Assembly (NCBI GenBank): GCA_052279835.1
Contig: CP181291.1
Coordinates: 6,240,001-6,304,000 of the forward strand
Source: Microcoleus sp.
GTDB lineage: Bacteria; Cyanobacteriota; Cyanobacteriia; Cyanobacteriales; Microcoleaceae
DNA length: 64,000 nucleotides
Direction of reading: 5' to 3'
In this document: piece by piece, positions 52,288-61,812 of the stretch
Position numbering within the stretch: the stretch's first letter is position 1
How the letters are laid out: the number at the start of each line of letters is the position of its first letter
Made by a program: the position numbers and the translations under genes
Notes under the pieces: model-generated
Database searches by the model: none
Told to the model about the DNA's origin: nothing
The model's input: only the letters and a program-made list of their open reading frames with translations

Positions 52288-53898
52288 TTATTTGACTATT
52301 TTCCAGAGAAGTATTTCTTGGTCTTGACCGTAAATTATTTCTATTTTATATTGATTAAACTCGCGGATTTGTTTTTGTAAATCCTGGGAAATATTGTACA
52401 GAAGTATCGGGTCAAAATTTCCAGGAAATTCAATATTTTTGGGTGACATTATTAATAATTTAGCTTGTGGTTCTATTTGGTGACTCATACCTAGTAAATT
52501 GCCGATATTCAATACACTATAGCCTGCCAAGTCTGTGATGATTAATGGATTAGAAGCTGAGTTGACTGTACGGGCGATCGAGTTATTAAGCAGAGAACCG
52601 GATTTATTCCACCAAGTATCTGCTGATAAATAGAGACTCGATGAAATAATTCCCATTGAAAGCAGAAAAACTAGAGCAACTCTCCACAATTTTTGTAATT
52701 TAACTCTGATTAGAAGTTGAGTAAAAAGAAAAGCAACAGATATCTGCATTCCTAAATAACAGGGAATCATGTAACGAGTGTTTATCGATCGAATCCCTCC
52801 TTTAATTAAGTCCGCTGGCAAGAAAAATACTACAGTCATGCAGGTTAATGTAATTACAAATAACCAAACTCGCATTTTTGTAGTACGTAAAAGTAGATAA
52901 TAAGAATACCCCAGCATGATTAAAATCATGAAAATAACTGGCAAAGTAGATATCAAATATGGTGATGGCAACTTCCAGTAAAATCCTACATCAAAAAACT
53001 GATTGCTAATGTTCAGCATCCAACTTTTTACCAAGTCTAAAAGCGGTCTTCTCAAGGATAGCCAAGAAGTTTTATCGCTGGCATAGTTGAAGTTTTTTAT
53101 AAAAACTATAATCCAAGGGGAAAAAATTAGGATTCCTGTAATGCTCGCTAAAAAATAGCCAATAACTGTCTTGTTAATGCGGAACTTTTCCACAATGACT
53201 ACATAGATACCATGTCCTATGGCAACCATGGCAAATAGGAGGTGAGAATACATTGCCACAGCTAGTGTTGTAGCATAAATTGCCCAACTACTGTTAGTTT
53301 TTAGGCGCATTGCTCGTAGCAACACTGCGCTAGACAGTAAAATTAACAAAACAAACAAACTGTAAGGTCGAGCTTCCTGAGCGTAAACTACCTGAAAAGG
53401 CGATACAGCTAGAATGGCAACTGCTAACCAAGCTGTCAGCGATGACTCAAATAACTCTAAACATAGCCAGTACATACAAGGTAATGCCAGCAAGCTAAAA
53501 ACAGCAGATAAACTTCTAGTTACGGCGATGGAATCTCCAAACAGTTGCACCCAAAATCTGACTGCTACAAAATACAGCGGAGCAAGTTGAGCTTCTTCTA
53601 GCGCCAATCCTTTTACGGTGTCAAAAACGTTTTTTTCGGCATTGAGATGCTGATACTTTTGGAGAGTTTCTATTTCGTTAATTTTGCCCTCGCCTAACTC
53701 TTTAATTAATTCAGATTCTGTATAACCGGAAACTCGCAGAGAAGTGTAACCTTCGTCTATCCAGTAAACTTTATTTTCCAGATTGGCGAAACGAAAAAAT
53801 ATCCCTAGGACTAATATAAAGATCATTAAAAATCGCAGCCCCTTGTGCAATGGAAGATGCTGAGAAATTAGTCGATCGCCATTTTGCGTAAATTTCAT
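52288..53898 (-). CDS. GT39/PMT-like membrane glycosyltransferase, tandem paralog
   Basis: YWIDEGYT, APLYF, TRSLS, AQEARPYSL, RYMIP. Confidence 0.87.
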   Translation of the reverse strand: MKFTQNGDRLISQHLPLHKGLRFLMIFILVLGIFFRFANLENKVYWIDEGYTSLRVSGYTESELIKELGEGKINEIETLQKYQHLNAEKNVFDTVKGLALEEAQLAPLYFVAVRFWVQLFGDSIAVTRSLSAVFSLLALPCMYWLCLELFESSLTAWLAVAILAVSPFQVVYAQEARPYSLFVLLILLSSAVLLRAMRLKTNSSWAIYATTLAVAMYSHLLFAMVAIGHGIYVVIVEKFRINKTVIGYFLASITGILIFSPWIIVFIKNFNYASDKTSWLSLRRPLLDLVKSWMLNISNQFFDVGFYWKLPSPYLISTLPVIFMILIMLGYSYYLLLRTTKMRVWLFVITLTCMTVVFFLPADLIKGGIRSINTRYMIPCYLGMQISVAFLFTQLLIRVKLQKLWRVALVFLLSMGIISSSLYLSADTWWNKSGSLLNNSIARTVNSASNPLIITDLAGYSVLNIGNLLGMSHQIEPQAKLLIMSPKNIEFPGNFDPILLYNISQDLQKQIREFNQYKIEIIYGQDQEILLWKIVK

Positions 53899-54175
53899 TT
53901 TAAATCAACTCCTATAAAAAGAATACTCCCTAGCCGACGCTATAAGTAAATGAGCACCGTAAATCCCAGACACATAAAGACTTTCATCCGTGGGTTTATG
54001 ACCGCTATTAAAGGCACGGAGGCAGTATTTGCCTATCAGTCCTAGTTCACTTAGAATAACTGCCGATCGGCAATTCTGTCATTGAGTGAAAGGCTACAAT
54101 GTTCGAGAGACCATGGGTCCGGCGACAAATCCTGATGTAGACTAGGCGTAAAAATCCCACTAATTTCCTATTCCT

Positions 54176-54890
54176 ATGAAAAAAGTCCTTTACTGGTTGA
54201 TGGGCGAAAAGGCAGGCAGAACCATAGTCGGTGCCTGGAAACTGGCTGTGGGGACTACCCGTAGCATCCGGCGGCGAGGTGTCGGTGGCGGTAGCCGAAG
54301 AGTCTTTGCGAGCGATGCAAGAATCAGTGCAAAAGCTAGCAACAGCCGTATCTACCCAAGTTGCAGCCTACCAACGCGCCAAAACTAAATATGAAGAAAA
54401 AGTCAGGGAAATGCAAACTGTAGAGCGCCAAGCCATAGCAGCCCAGCGCAACGGTAATGAAGAAGCAGCCCGCTTAGCCATGTCGAAGGTGATTCAGACA
54501 GAACAAATTTTGCCACAGTTAGAAGCGCAAGTAAAACAAGCCGAACAGTACGTCAACGCTTCCAAAGACAAGCTGAATCGAGAACGGATGAAGCTGGAAG
54601 CCTACAAAACCGATATGCAAAATATGAAAGATATGGCCGAAATTAACGAAGCACTCGGCTCCATCGCCAAAGTCAACAACGACTTGAGTATTGATTCAGC
54701 CCGATCGCAATTTGAGCAAGCCAAAAACGCCGTCCAAGGCCGCAATCTGCAACAGCAAGCTTTAGCAGAGCTATCGGAGAACCCCCAAGAAAGACTTCAG
54801 GCAGAATTAGAAAAAATGACCATAGACGATGAAGTTAATCGCAGACTGCGAATGTTAAACAATTCAGACAACCCAGAACTTCCCAACTAA
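54176..54890 (+). pseudogene. PspA/IM30 (Vipp1/ESCRT-III-like) family gene with an apparent +1 frameshift at 54239-54241
   Basis: MKKVLYWLMGEKAGRTIVGAW, then TGGAAACTGG where removing one A gives WNWLWG in the 54231 frame; long coiled coil with GNEEAARLA. Confidence 0.75.
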
Positions 54891-54900
54891 GGAGAATTTT

Positions 54901-55845
54901 ATGGCTAAGAGTAGCGGGCCTCCCCCCATAGTTTTTATTCTGTTATTTTTCTTGCTCGCCGGTGGCGCGTTCTTTTTTCTGAATAAACCAGCATCGCAGG
55001 ATGCCCAAAATACACCCACTCCCACACCCGCAGCCGATGGTGGAGCGAATCTGCCTCCCGTCGCCCCAGTACCGGCCACAGCATCTCCGGTTGCAGCTAG
55101 TTCTTTTGCGCCTCCAACTTCTGTTGCTCCCGGTACTGTGGTGAAAATTGACGGTTCTACCAGCATGGTGACAATCAATCTCAACCTTAAGAAGGGCTTT
55201 CAAGGCAAGTTTTCTGGCACTACAGTTGATACCAAAGCAAATGGTTCTGCCAACGGAATTAAGGATTTGGTGGCGGGAACAGCCGATATTGCTGCGGTAT
55301 CGCAACCTTTGACTGCTGGAGAACAAAGTCAGGGTTTGACAGCAGTACCTGTGGCCCTGGATGCGATCGCCCTTGTAGTCGGCACTAACAACCCTTTCAC
55401 AGGAGGTTTAACTGTCGCTCAAGTTCAAGATATCTTCAAGGGAAATACTCAAGATTGGTCGAAAGTCGGTGGCCAGGCGGGCCCGATTAAAATAATTAAT
55501 CGACCCGAAGTTAGTGGCACTCACCAGACGTTTAAAGAACAGGTTCTCAAAGGCGCTAATTTTGCTACGGGACCAAATATTACTACTCTCGATCGAGATG
55601 CGACAACTCCCCTGCTGCAAGCTTTGGGGAATAACGGCATTGGGTATGCGACTTTCGCTCAAGTAGTCAATCAGAAAACGGTGCGGGTAGTGCCGGTAGA
55701 CGGGGCGACACCGGATGCTGGTAACTATCCTTATAAACGACAGTTGTATTACGTTTACAAAAACCCTCCTAGTCAAGCAGTCAAGGACTTCTTGGGTTAT
55801 GCAACTTCCCCGGAAGGACAAAAAGCGATGCTTGCCGAAAATTGA
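54901..55845 (+). CDS. Membrane-anchored PstS-like phosphate-binding-fold protein
   Basis: TM + Pro-rich linker; IDGSTSM, GSANGI, NRPEVSGT, IGYAT, YPYKRQLYYV. Confidence 0.85.
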   Translation: MAKSSGPPPIVFILLFFLLAGGAFFFLNKPASQDAQNTPTPTPAADGGANLPPVAPVPATASPVAASSFAPPTSVAPGTVVKIDGSTSMVTINLNLKKGFQGKFSGTTVDTKANGSANGIKDLVAGTADIAAVSQPLTAGEQSQGLTAVPVALDAIALVVGTNNPFTGGLTVAQVQDIFKGNTQDWSKVGGQAGPIKIINRPEVSGTHQTFKEQVLKGANFATGPNITTLDRDATTPLLQALGNNGIGYATFAQVVNQKTVRVVPVDGATPDAGNYPYKRQLYYVYKNPPSQAVKDFLGYATSPEGQKAMLAEN

Positions 55846-55865
55846 GCCGAAAGCTGATGATATCG

Positions 55866-55971
55866 CCAGACTGAAATCTGGCGCTACACAAGCGATGTCC
55901 GCCTGCGCCAGACTTTATTCTTTAGTTCGCGCCGGCGGGCTTTGTTTGTGCAGGCGCGGTTTTAACCGCCG
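55866..55971. repeat. REP-like GC-rich imperfect palindrome
   Basis: gtccgcctgcgc...gttcgcgccggcgggctttgtttgtgcaggcgcggttttaaccgc. Confidence 0.55.
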
Positions 55972-56022
55972 AATCATCTGATAGGCTAATATTCGATGTG
56001 ATTTAAAATCGAAGGTTTTTCT

Positions 56023-56661
56023 GTGAGCAAAAATCGCGAACCAGTCGAGAGTTTAATTCTTTACTATTTATTCAAGTGGTCCATTGTCAGCCCGATGTTA
56101 CACCTTTATTTTCGGGGTCGCATCTACGGTGCCGAAAATGTTCCCACTTCTGGACCCCTGGTAGTAGTCAGCAATCACGCTAGCGATTTTGACCCGCCTA
56201 TTTTATCTAATTGCATGAGACGACCGGTGGCATTTATGGCTAAGGAAGAGTTATTTAAAGTGCCTATTTTGAAACAGGCGATCGCCCTTTATGGTGCTTA
56301 TCCAGTCAAACGGGAAAGTGCCGATCGCAGTGCGATTCGATCGGCTCTCCAATATTTAGAAAATGGATGGGCAACAGGTGTATTTTTGCAAGGAACCAGA
56401 ACAGTAGATGGTAGAATTACCGATCCCAAATTAGGTGCTGCACTGATAGCGGCTAAGGCTAAAGCACCGCTATTACCTGTTAGTTTGTGGGGAACTCATG
56501 CTATAGCATCTAAGGATTCAGCACTGCCGCGAGCCGTGCCGCTGACGGTGCGAATTGGCAATTTAATTGCAGCGCCGAGTTCGTCGGAGCGATCGGAGTT
56601 GGAAGCATTGACTCAAAGATGCGCTCAAGAAATTAATGCCATGCACGATTTAGGGCGTTGA
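56023..56661 (+). CDS. plsC: 1-acyl-sn-glycerol-3-phosphate acyltransferase
   Basis: SNHASDFDP (HX4D), FMAKEELF, FLQGTRT. Confidence 0.9.
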   Translation: MSKNREPVESLILYYLFKWSIVSPMLHLYFRGRIYGAENVPTSGPLVVVSNHASDFDPPILSNCMRRPVAFMAKEELFKVPILKQAIALYGAYPVKRESADRSAIRSALQYLENGWATGVFLQGTRTVDGRITDPKLGAALIAAKAKAPLLPVSLWGTHAIASKDSALPRAVPLTVRIGNLIAAPSSSERSELEALTQRCAQEINAMHDLGR

Positions 56662-56698
56662 ATTTCCATTTAGGGACTTGGGACTACCCACCGCTTAT

Positions 56699-58440
56699 AA
56701 AAACCTATGTAAACCTGGGTAAGCTCTGCGGTATAAGCTTTAAACGTTCTTACAAGCGTGCTTGCGCTTCCTCGCCTTGAGGCGTGACCAAGAAACTCCA
56801 GTTAGAAACGCTATAATAATCACAGCGACGTGATATTACAGCCGAACGTTTGATCTTTTTATTCAGTTGGTTCCACTCGCTCCAAACGTGCTTTTCCGGG
56901 TTCATCTCGGAATAGGCGGTTAAGGAGCGAGGTATTTTTTCACTCTTATTCATGGCCCTGCGAGCAATCACCAGTGCAGCCGATTCGTCGCTAGCTAAGC
57001 CATACATTTTTAGGTATTTCACCAAGCCGATAATACTTGAATAAGCTGGATTGACTGCAATTAACTCAATTCCGCGATTCGACAAAATAGAACCCAGTTG
57101 TTTGTAGAACTCGCTATACGCCCAACCTGATAACATTCGGGCATACTTTCTACCTTCCTCCCCTAGAGATTGCTTTTTTGTTGAGAAATCAAGCTCTTCA
57201 CAAACTACGGGACATTCAAACTCGGTGGCTTTTGTTGCTAGTTGCAAGCAGGCATTAACAATCTGAGCCTGTTGTTTGCCATTGGACAAACCCATCTGCA
57301 ATGGAATCTGCCCTTTGGCTTTGAGATTCCCTTCAGTATCAACATACGCCCACCCAATAGAAACCAGGATTCATATCGATACCAATGCAACCGTACATCC
57401 TATTTCTAGAAACTTGATTCACAGGCTTGGGAGTAAATTGCACGGCAATCACCCACTTTCCGTTTTTACGGTAGAAGTGCCAGGTATACGCCCCGCATTC
57501 TGGTAGTCTATTTATGTTGCGATTGAAATCACCAACCTCGGAAGATACAGCTTTCCCGAATCGTGACTATAAGCATTTGGGGACTCTAAAAGTTATTTCG
57601 CTCCCATTCCACTGGGAGACTTGATTGCCAAAAGACTCGTCTTTAGAGCCGACGACAAAAATATCACCGTGAGGGACGAAGACTTTGATTGGCTTGACTC
57701 TTAAGTGTTTAAGCTTGTTAGTTAGCAAAGTTAGCCTGCGCTTTTTATTGTGTATTTGAAAGCGTAAACTCTGCCAATTGGTAGATTTGTATTGGAGCGA
57801 GCAAGCTATGGGGAAATTACCACCTGTTTTTGAATTCTGCCATTTTTTCTTGGCATAAAATTTACGAGCTAATGCCAACTTACGCTCGGCTTTCTTGAGC
57901 CATGCACTAATGGATTTAATCTTGACTTCAAGAGTCTTTATGTGTAAAACTCTGTGTTCTTTAGCGCCGTCTACACGACATGAGGCCGCACTGATCACGC
58001 CATTTGCATGGCGCTTATTGATGCCGTAGGTTTGCTGTAAGTGTGTGTTCCAGTCGGACTTCTTGAATTGTGTACTTAAAAGTAAGTGGTTGACTGTTTC
58101 AATACTTGCAGCCCTGAAAATTGGGGCGTAAGCTTCCAAGAACATCTCGAAATCTGTAAATCCAAGTTCGTTGAGTTCATCTGCTGGCGTGGGCAAGCCT
58201 TTACAATAAGTTAAGGTAGCCATTGATTCGACCTCTCAATGTGGTTGTATCCTAGTATATTAATTGCTTCGCGCAGGATTTGCAAATTTTTCAATGAGTT
58301 TCTTTTATTTCCGAAACGTCGCTGGCGAGGTCTTTTTCAAAGGTTGCACCTTCTCTTTCGATCGAAATCACCAACGCTAATTAGTCTGTTAGTCAATTTA
58401 CCGAGAATTTAGTAACTAAAACCTAAGTAAATTTAGGTAA
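56699..58440 (-). mobile_element. IS200/IS605-related element carrying a disrupted TnpB-like gene, no tnpA
   Basis: Related terminal motifs aaaacctatgtaaacctgggtaa (56700) and aaaacctaagtaaatttaggtaa (58418) flank the gene. Confidence 0.6.
56750..58223 (-). pseudogene. tnpB: TnpB-related RuvC nuclease with a premature TAG (57567-57569) and a frameshift (~57362)
   Basis: Reading through the TAG gives ...KWVIAVQF...GCIGIDMNPG (RuvC-I), then after the frameshift SIGWAYVD...VVCEELDF (RuvC-II), VNPAYSS, SDESAALVIARR (RuvC-III). Confidence 0.8.
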
Positions 58441-58522
58441 AATGTCAACTGCTGTGAACCCCACCCCCCCCCTGCCCCAAGCAGGGGGGGGTGACTTCTA
58501 CCTTCTTCCTTCTTCCTTCTAC

Positions 58523-61500
58523 TTACCATTGCAAACCCTGATGCAACAAAGCTGTAGCTGCCTCGCTATCGAGAGGTTTAGAGAAGAAGTATCCCTGACC
58601 GTACTCGCAGCCTAGGAGCCGTAATTGAGCCAATTGAACGGCGGTTTCGACACCTTCGGCCACTACCTCCATCCCCAAACTGCGAGCTAACATGACGATC
58701 GCCCTGACGATTTCCAAATTTTCACCTGTTTCTCCGATGCGGCTGACAAAAGAGCGATCGATTTTCAAAGTATTGATCGGGAATTTATGCAAATAACTTA
58801 AAGAAGAATAACCAGTTCCGAAATCGTCAATACAAAGCTCAATTCCCAAATCTCTCAAATGAGAAAGCATCGCCGCTGCCGCTTCCCCATCTTGCATCAC
58901 TACACTCTCAGTAATCTCCAACTTCAACCAACGAGCATCCACCCCTGTTTCCTGCAAAACTTGTTTAATTTGTTCGATGGAATCCGGCTGTTCAAACTGT
59001 CTCCCGGAGAGATTTACAGCTATTGTTAGCGGTGAATCCTTGGCTGGTAATTGCAAATTTTGCCACTCGATAATTTGACGGCAACTTTCATTCAAAACCC
59101 ACAAACCCAAGGGCATAATTAGGCCAGTTTCCTCCGCCATGGCAATGAATTCCATCGGAGAAACCAAACCCCGTTCGGGATGCAGCCAGCGGACGAGGGA
59201 CTCAAATCCTGCGACTAAGCCAGTTTTTAAACAAACAATTGGTTGGTAGTAAACAGTAAAAGGACATTCTAATTTTTGACTAAAAATATGAGATTTTTGA
59301 TGTTCTAAGGAACGATTAGTTTCGTACAGAGACGAATTTTCTCCATGACTGCCCAATCGCAAATCTAACATTGAATATTTCAAATTCAGTTCTTCTATGG
59401 ACTGCCGCAAATCATTTTCCAAGTGCATCAAAGCCACAGCACGAGTGTGCATGGCACTGGTAAACACTTCATAGCGAGCTTTGCCGAGAGATTTTGCCCG
59501 GTACATGGCAATATCAGCATCTCGCAAGATATCTCCGGGCCACTGATATTCCTCACTACTCAAAGCAATGCCAATGCTAGCAGTAATAGAAACTTTATTT
59601 CCCTCTAAATGTAGGGGTCGTTCGATCGCCTTTTGAATTTGCTTGGCTTGGGTGATGGCATCTTCCACACCTTGAATTTCCTCCAATAAAATCACAAACT
59701 CATCTCCGCCCAAACGAGCTGCGGTATCACCAGGACGCAAACAAGTCAAGAGACGGCGAGCAATTCCCAGCAGCAGCCGATCGCCCGTGCGGTGTCCCTG
59801 GCTGTCATTAATCACCTTAAACCTGTCCAAATCGAGAAACAGTACCGCAAACTGATAGTTAGGATGCCGTTTGACACGAGCAAAAGCTTGGCCCAACCGG
59901 TCTGTCAACAAAGCCCGGTTGGGTAAATCGGTCAAAGCATCATGCAAAGCATCGTGCAATAACTTATCTTCTGCCATTTTGCGCTCGGTGACATCGTGGC
60001 AGTTGACCACAATTCCCCGCACTGAAGGTTCCGCGAGTAAATTCGTCGCCACCGCTTCCAAAACGCACCAGAAACCATCCTTATGCCACACTCGATATTC
60101 TGCCAGTCCCAGGCCTACTCTTGGCATTTGGATGATACCTTTAAACACTTGACCCACCATGGGCAATTCGTCGGGGTGAATCAGCTCAAATACAGACCTA
60201 CCAAGAACTTCCGCCGTCGGATAGCCCAAAATCCGCTCTAGGGAAGGAGAGACATAGCGACAGAAACCTTTCTCATCGAGAATTACAATAATATCTCTAG
60301 CATTTTCAATCAGCGATCGAAAGCGCTTCTCACTTTGTCGCAGTTCTTGCTCCGTGCGTTTGCGATCGGTAATATCGGTATTCATGTAAATCTGACCGAC
60401 TATTGTCCCCGTGGAGTCTTTAATCGCATCGGCCCGCAACAACACTTGCAAAATCTTGCCACTTTTGGTGATTTTGGTAACTTCACCACACCAAGAATAA
60501 CCGTGGGCGATCGCTTCTAGCACCTCCTCAGCTACGGCTGCATCAGCAAAAATGGTGTGTATCCCCCCAGCATTTCTGAATTCTGCTACCGTTTCGTATT
60601 CAAATAGTTGAGAAAAAGATTGATTTTGATAGATGTGAGTACCGGAGACATCAGCCATGCCGATCGCATCACTGGAACTTTCCACCGCCTTGCGAGTCAA
60701 AACCAGAGCCTCTTCTGCCTGCTTGCGTTCGGTGATGTCAATCCCCACCAAACAGGCTGCTTTGCCCCCATCGTACTTTTGAGCCACAATCAAATAATGT
60801 CCCGCCGACTGACCATCGGTGGTTTTGACCTTGGTGGAAAGTTCTTTGACTACTTCTGTAGCATTGCTGGCAAAAAAACCCCCCAAAAAAGAGTAAAAAT
60901 CCGAACTCACGCCCAGAAAGCCGATATCTTGGCCGACGAAAGCCGAAGGCGGTAAACCGTGAAGTTTGGCTAAATGTTGATTAACCCCCAAATAGCGCAA
61001 ATCCGAGCTCACCCAAGATACTGTTCCGGGAACTGCTTCCAAAATAGTTTGCAGTTGGTCATTAGTTTGCTGCAACTCCTGCTGGACTTCTATGCTTTCG
61101 GATAAGTCTGATAAAATTCCGACGAAGTGAGTCAAATACCCCTTCTCGTCTCGCACCGGAGATAGGAACAACTTATTCCAAAAAGGAGTACCGTCTTTGC
61201 GGTAGTTTTTGATCACCACCTGACATTCTAGACATGAGGCGATCGCCTCATGGAGGTTAGCGACGGTAGCCGGATCGGTATCAGGACCTTGTAAAAAGCG
61301 ACAGTTGCGCCCCAATATTTCCTGGCTAGAGTAGCCTGTAATCCTTTCAAAGCCTGGATTGCAATAAATTATGGGATAGTCGGGGGCTAGAGCATCAGCA
61401 ATGACAATACCATTGGTGGTAGCAGCCAAAGCTCGATCGCGAAGCCACAGTGATTGTGACCCATTATTGCGATCGCCAACATCCTCGACTCCACCTAAAT

Positions 61501-61531
61501 TAAAAATTGACTGGTTCTCCCGATTTCCCAT
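58523..61531 (-). CDS. LOV + multi-PAS + GGDEF + EAL c-di-GMP enzyme
   Basis: GRNCRFLQG (photoactive LOV Cys); ARLGGDEF; FESLVRW; LEITES; DDFGTGYSSL. Confidence 0.93.
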   Translation of the reverse strand: MGNRENQSIFNLGGVEDVGDRNNGSQSLWLRDRALAATTNGIVIADALAPDYPIIYCNPGFERITGYSSQEILGRNCRFLQGPDTDPATVANLHEAIASCLECQVVIKNYRKDGTPFWNKLFLSPVRDEKGYLTHFVGILSDLSESIEVQQELQQTNDQLQTILEAVPGTVSWVSSDLRYLGVNQHLAKLHGLPPSAFVGQDIGFLGVSSDFYSFLGGFFASNATEVVKELSTKVKTTDGQSAGHYLIVAQKYDGGKAACLVGIDITERKQAEEALVLTRKAVESSSDAIGMADVSGTHIYQNQSFSQLFEYETVAEFRNAGGIHTIFADAAVAEEVLEAIAHGYSWCGEVTKITKSGKILQVLLRADAIKDSTGTIVGQIYMNTDITDRKRTEQELRQSEKRFRSLIENARDIIVILDEKGFCRYVSPSLERILGYPTAEVLGRSVFELIHPDELPMVGQVFKGIIQMPRVGLGLAEYRVWHKDGFWCVLEAVATNLLAEPSVRGIVVNCHDVTERKMAEDKLLHDALHDALTDLPNRALLTDRLGQAFARVKRHPNYQFAVLFLDLDRFKVINDSQGHRTGDRLLLGIARRLLTCLRPGDTAARLGGDEFVILLEEIQGVEDAITQAKQIQKAIERPLHLEGNKVSITASIGIALSSEEYQWPGDILRDADIAMYRAKSLGKARYEVFTSAMHTRAVALMHLENDLRQSIEELNLKYSMLDLRLGSHGENSSLYETNRSLEHQKSHIFSQKLECPFTVYYQPIVCLKTGLVAGFESLVRWLHPERGLVSPMEFIAMAEETGLIMPLGLWVLNESCRQIIEWQNLQLPAKDSPLTIAVNLSGRQFEQPDSIEQIKQVLQETGVDARWLKLEITESVVMQDGEAAAAMLSHLRDLGIELCIDDFGTGYSSLSYLHKFPINTLKIDRSFVSRIGETGENLEIVRAIVMLARSLGMEVVAEGVETAVQLAQLRLLGCEYGQGYFFSKPLDSEAATALLHQGLQW

Positions 61532-61812
61532 CAGCCGAACTTTGAACCAAACCTCTACAATTTCGGAGTTTTTCTTACTTTAACGTTTTTCAGGACTTAC
61601 GCAAGCCCAATCTTATTTCCCTACTAAAATACCCCATATTTCCCACAGCAGGTCTAGTACGTGATGGGTAAAGCCCCCATCCCTAAAGGGAGCGGCTGGT
61701 AAACTTCCCGACTCTGGCAGGGGGATACAGGCCATAATTTAACCAGTCTCAGTTCTTCGGAACCTAAAATATTGTTTCACGTTCTGGTTTGGCGATCGTT
61801 CAATTCAAATAC

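Noticed and set aside
61591..61740. Partial CAGGACTTACGCA arm and an IS605-like hairpin (aagccccc...gggggata)
   Set aside because: Too short and degenerate to define an element
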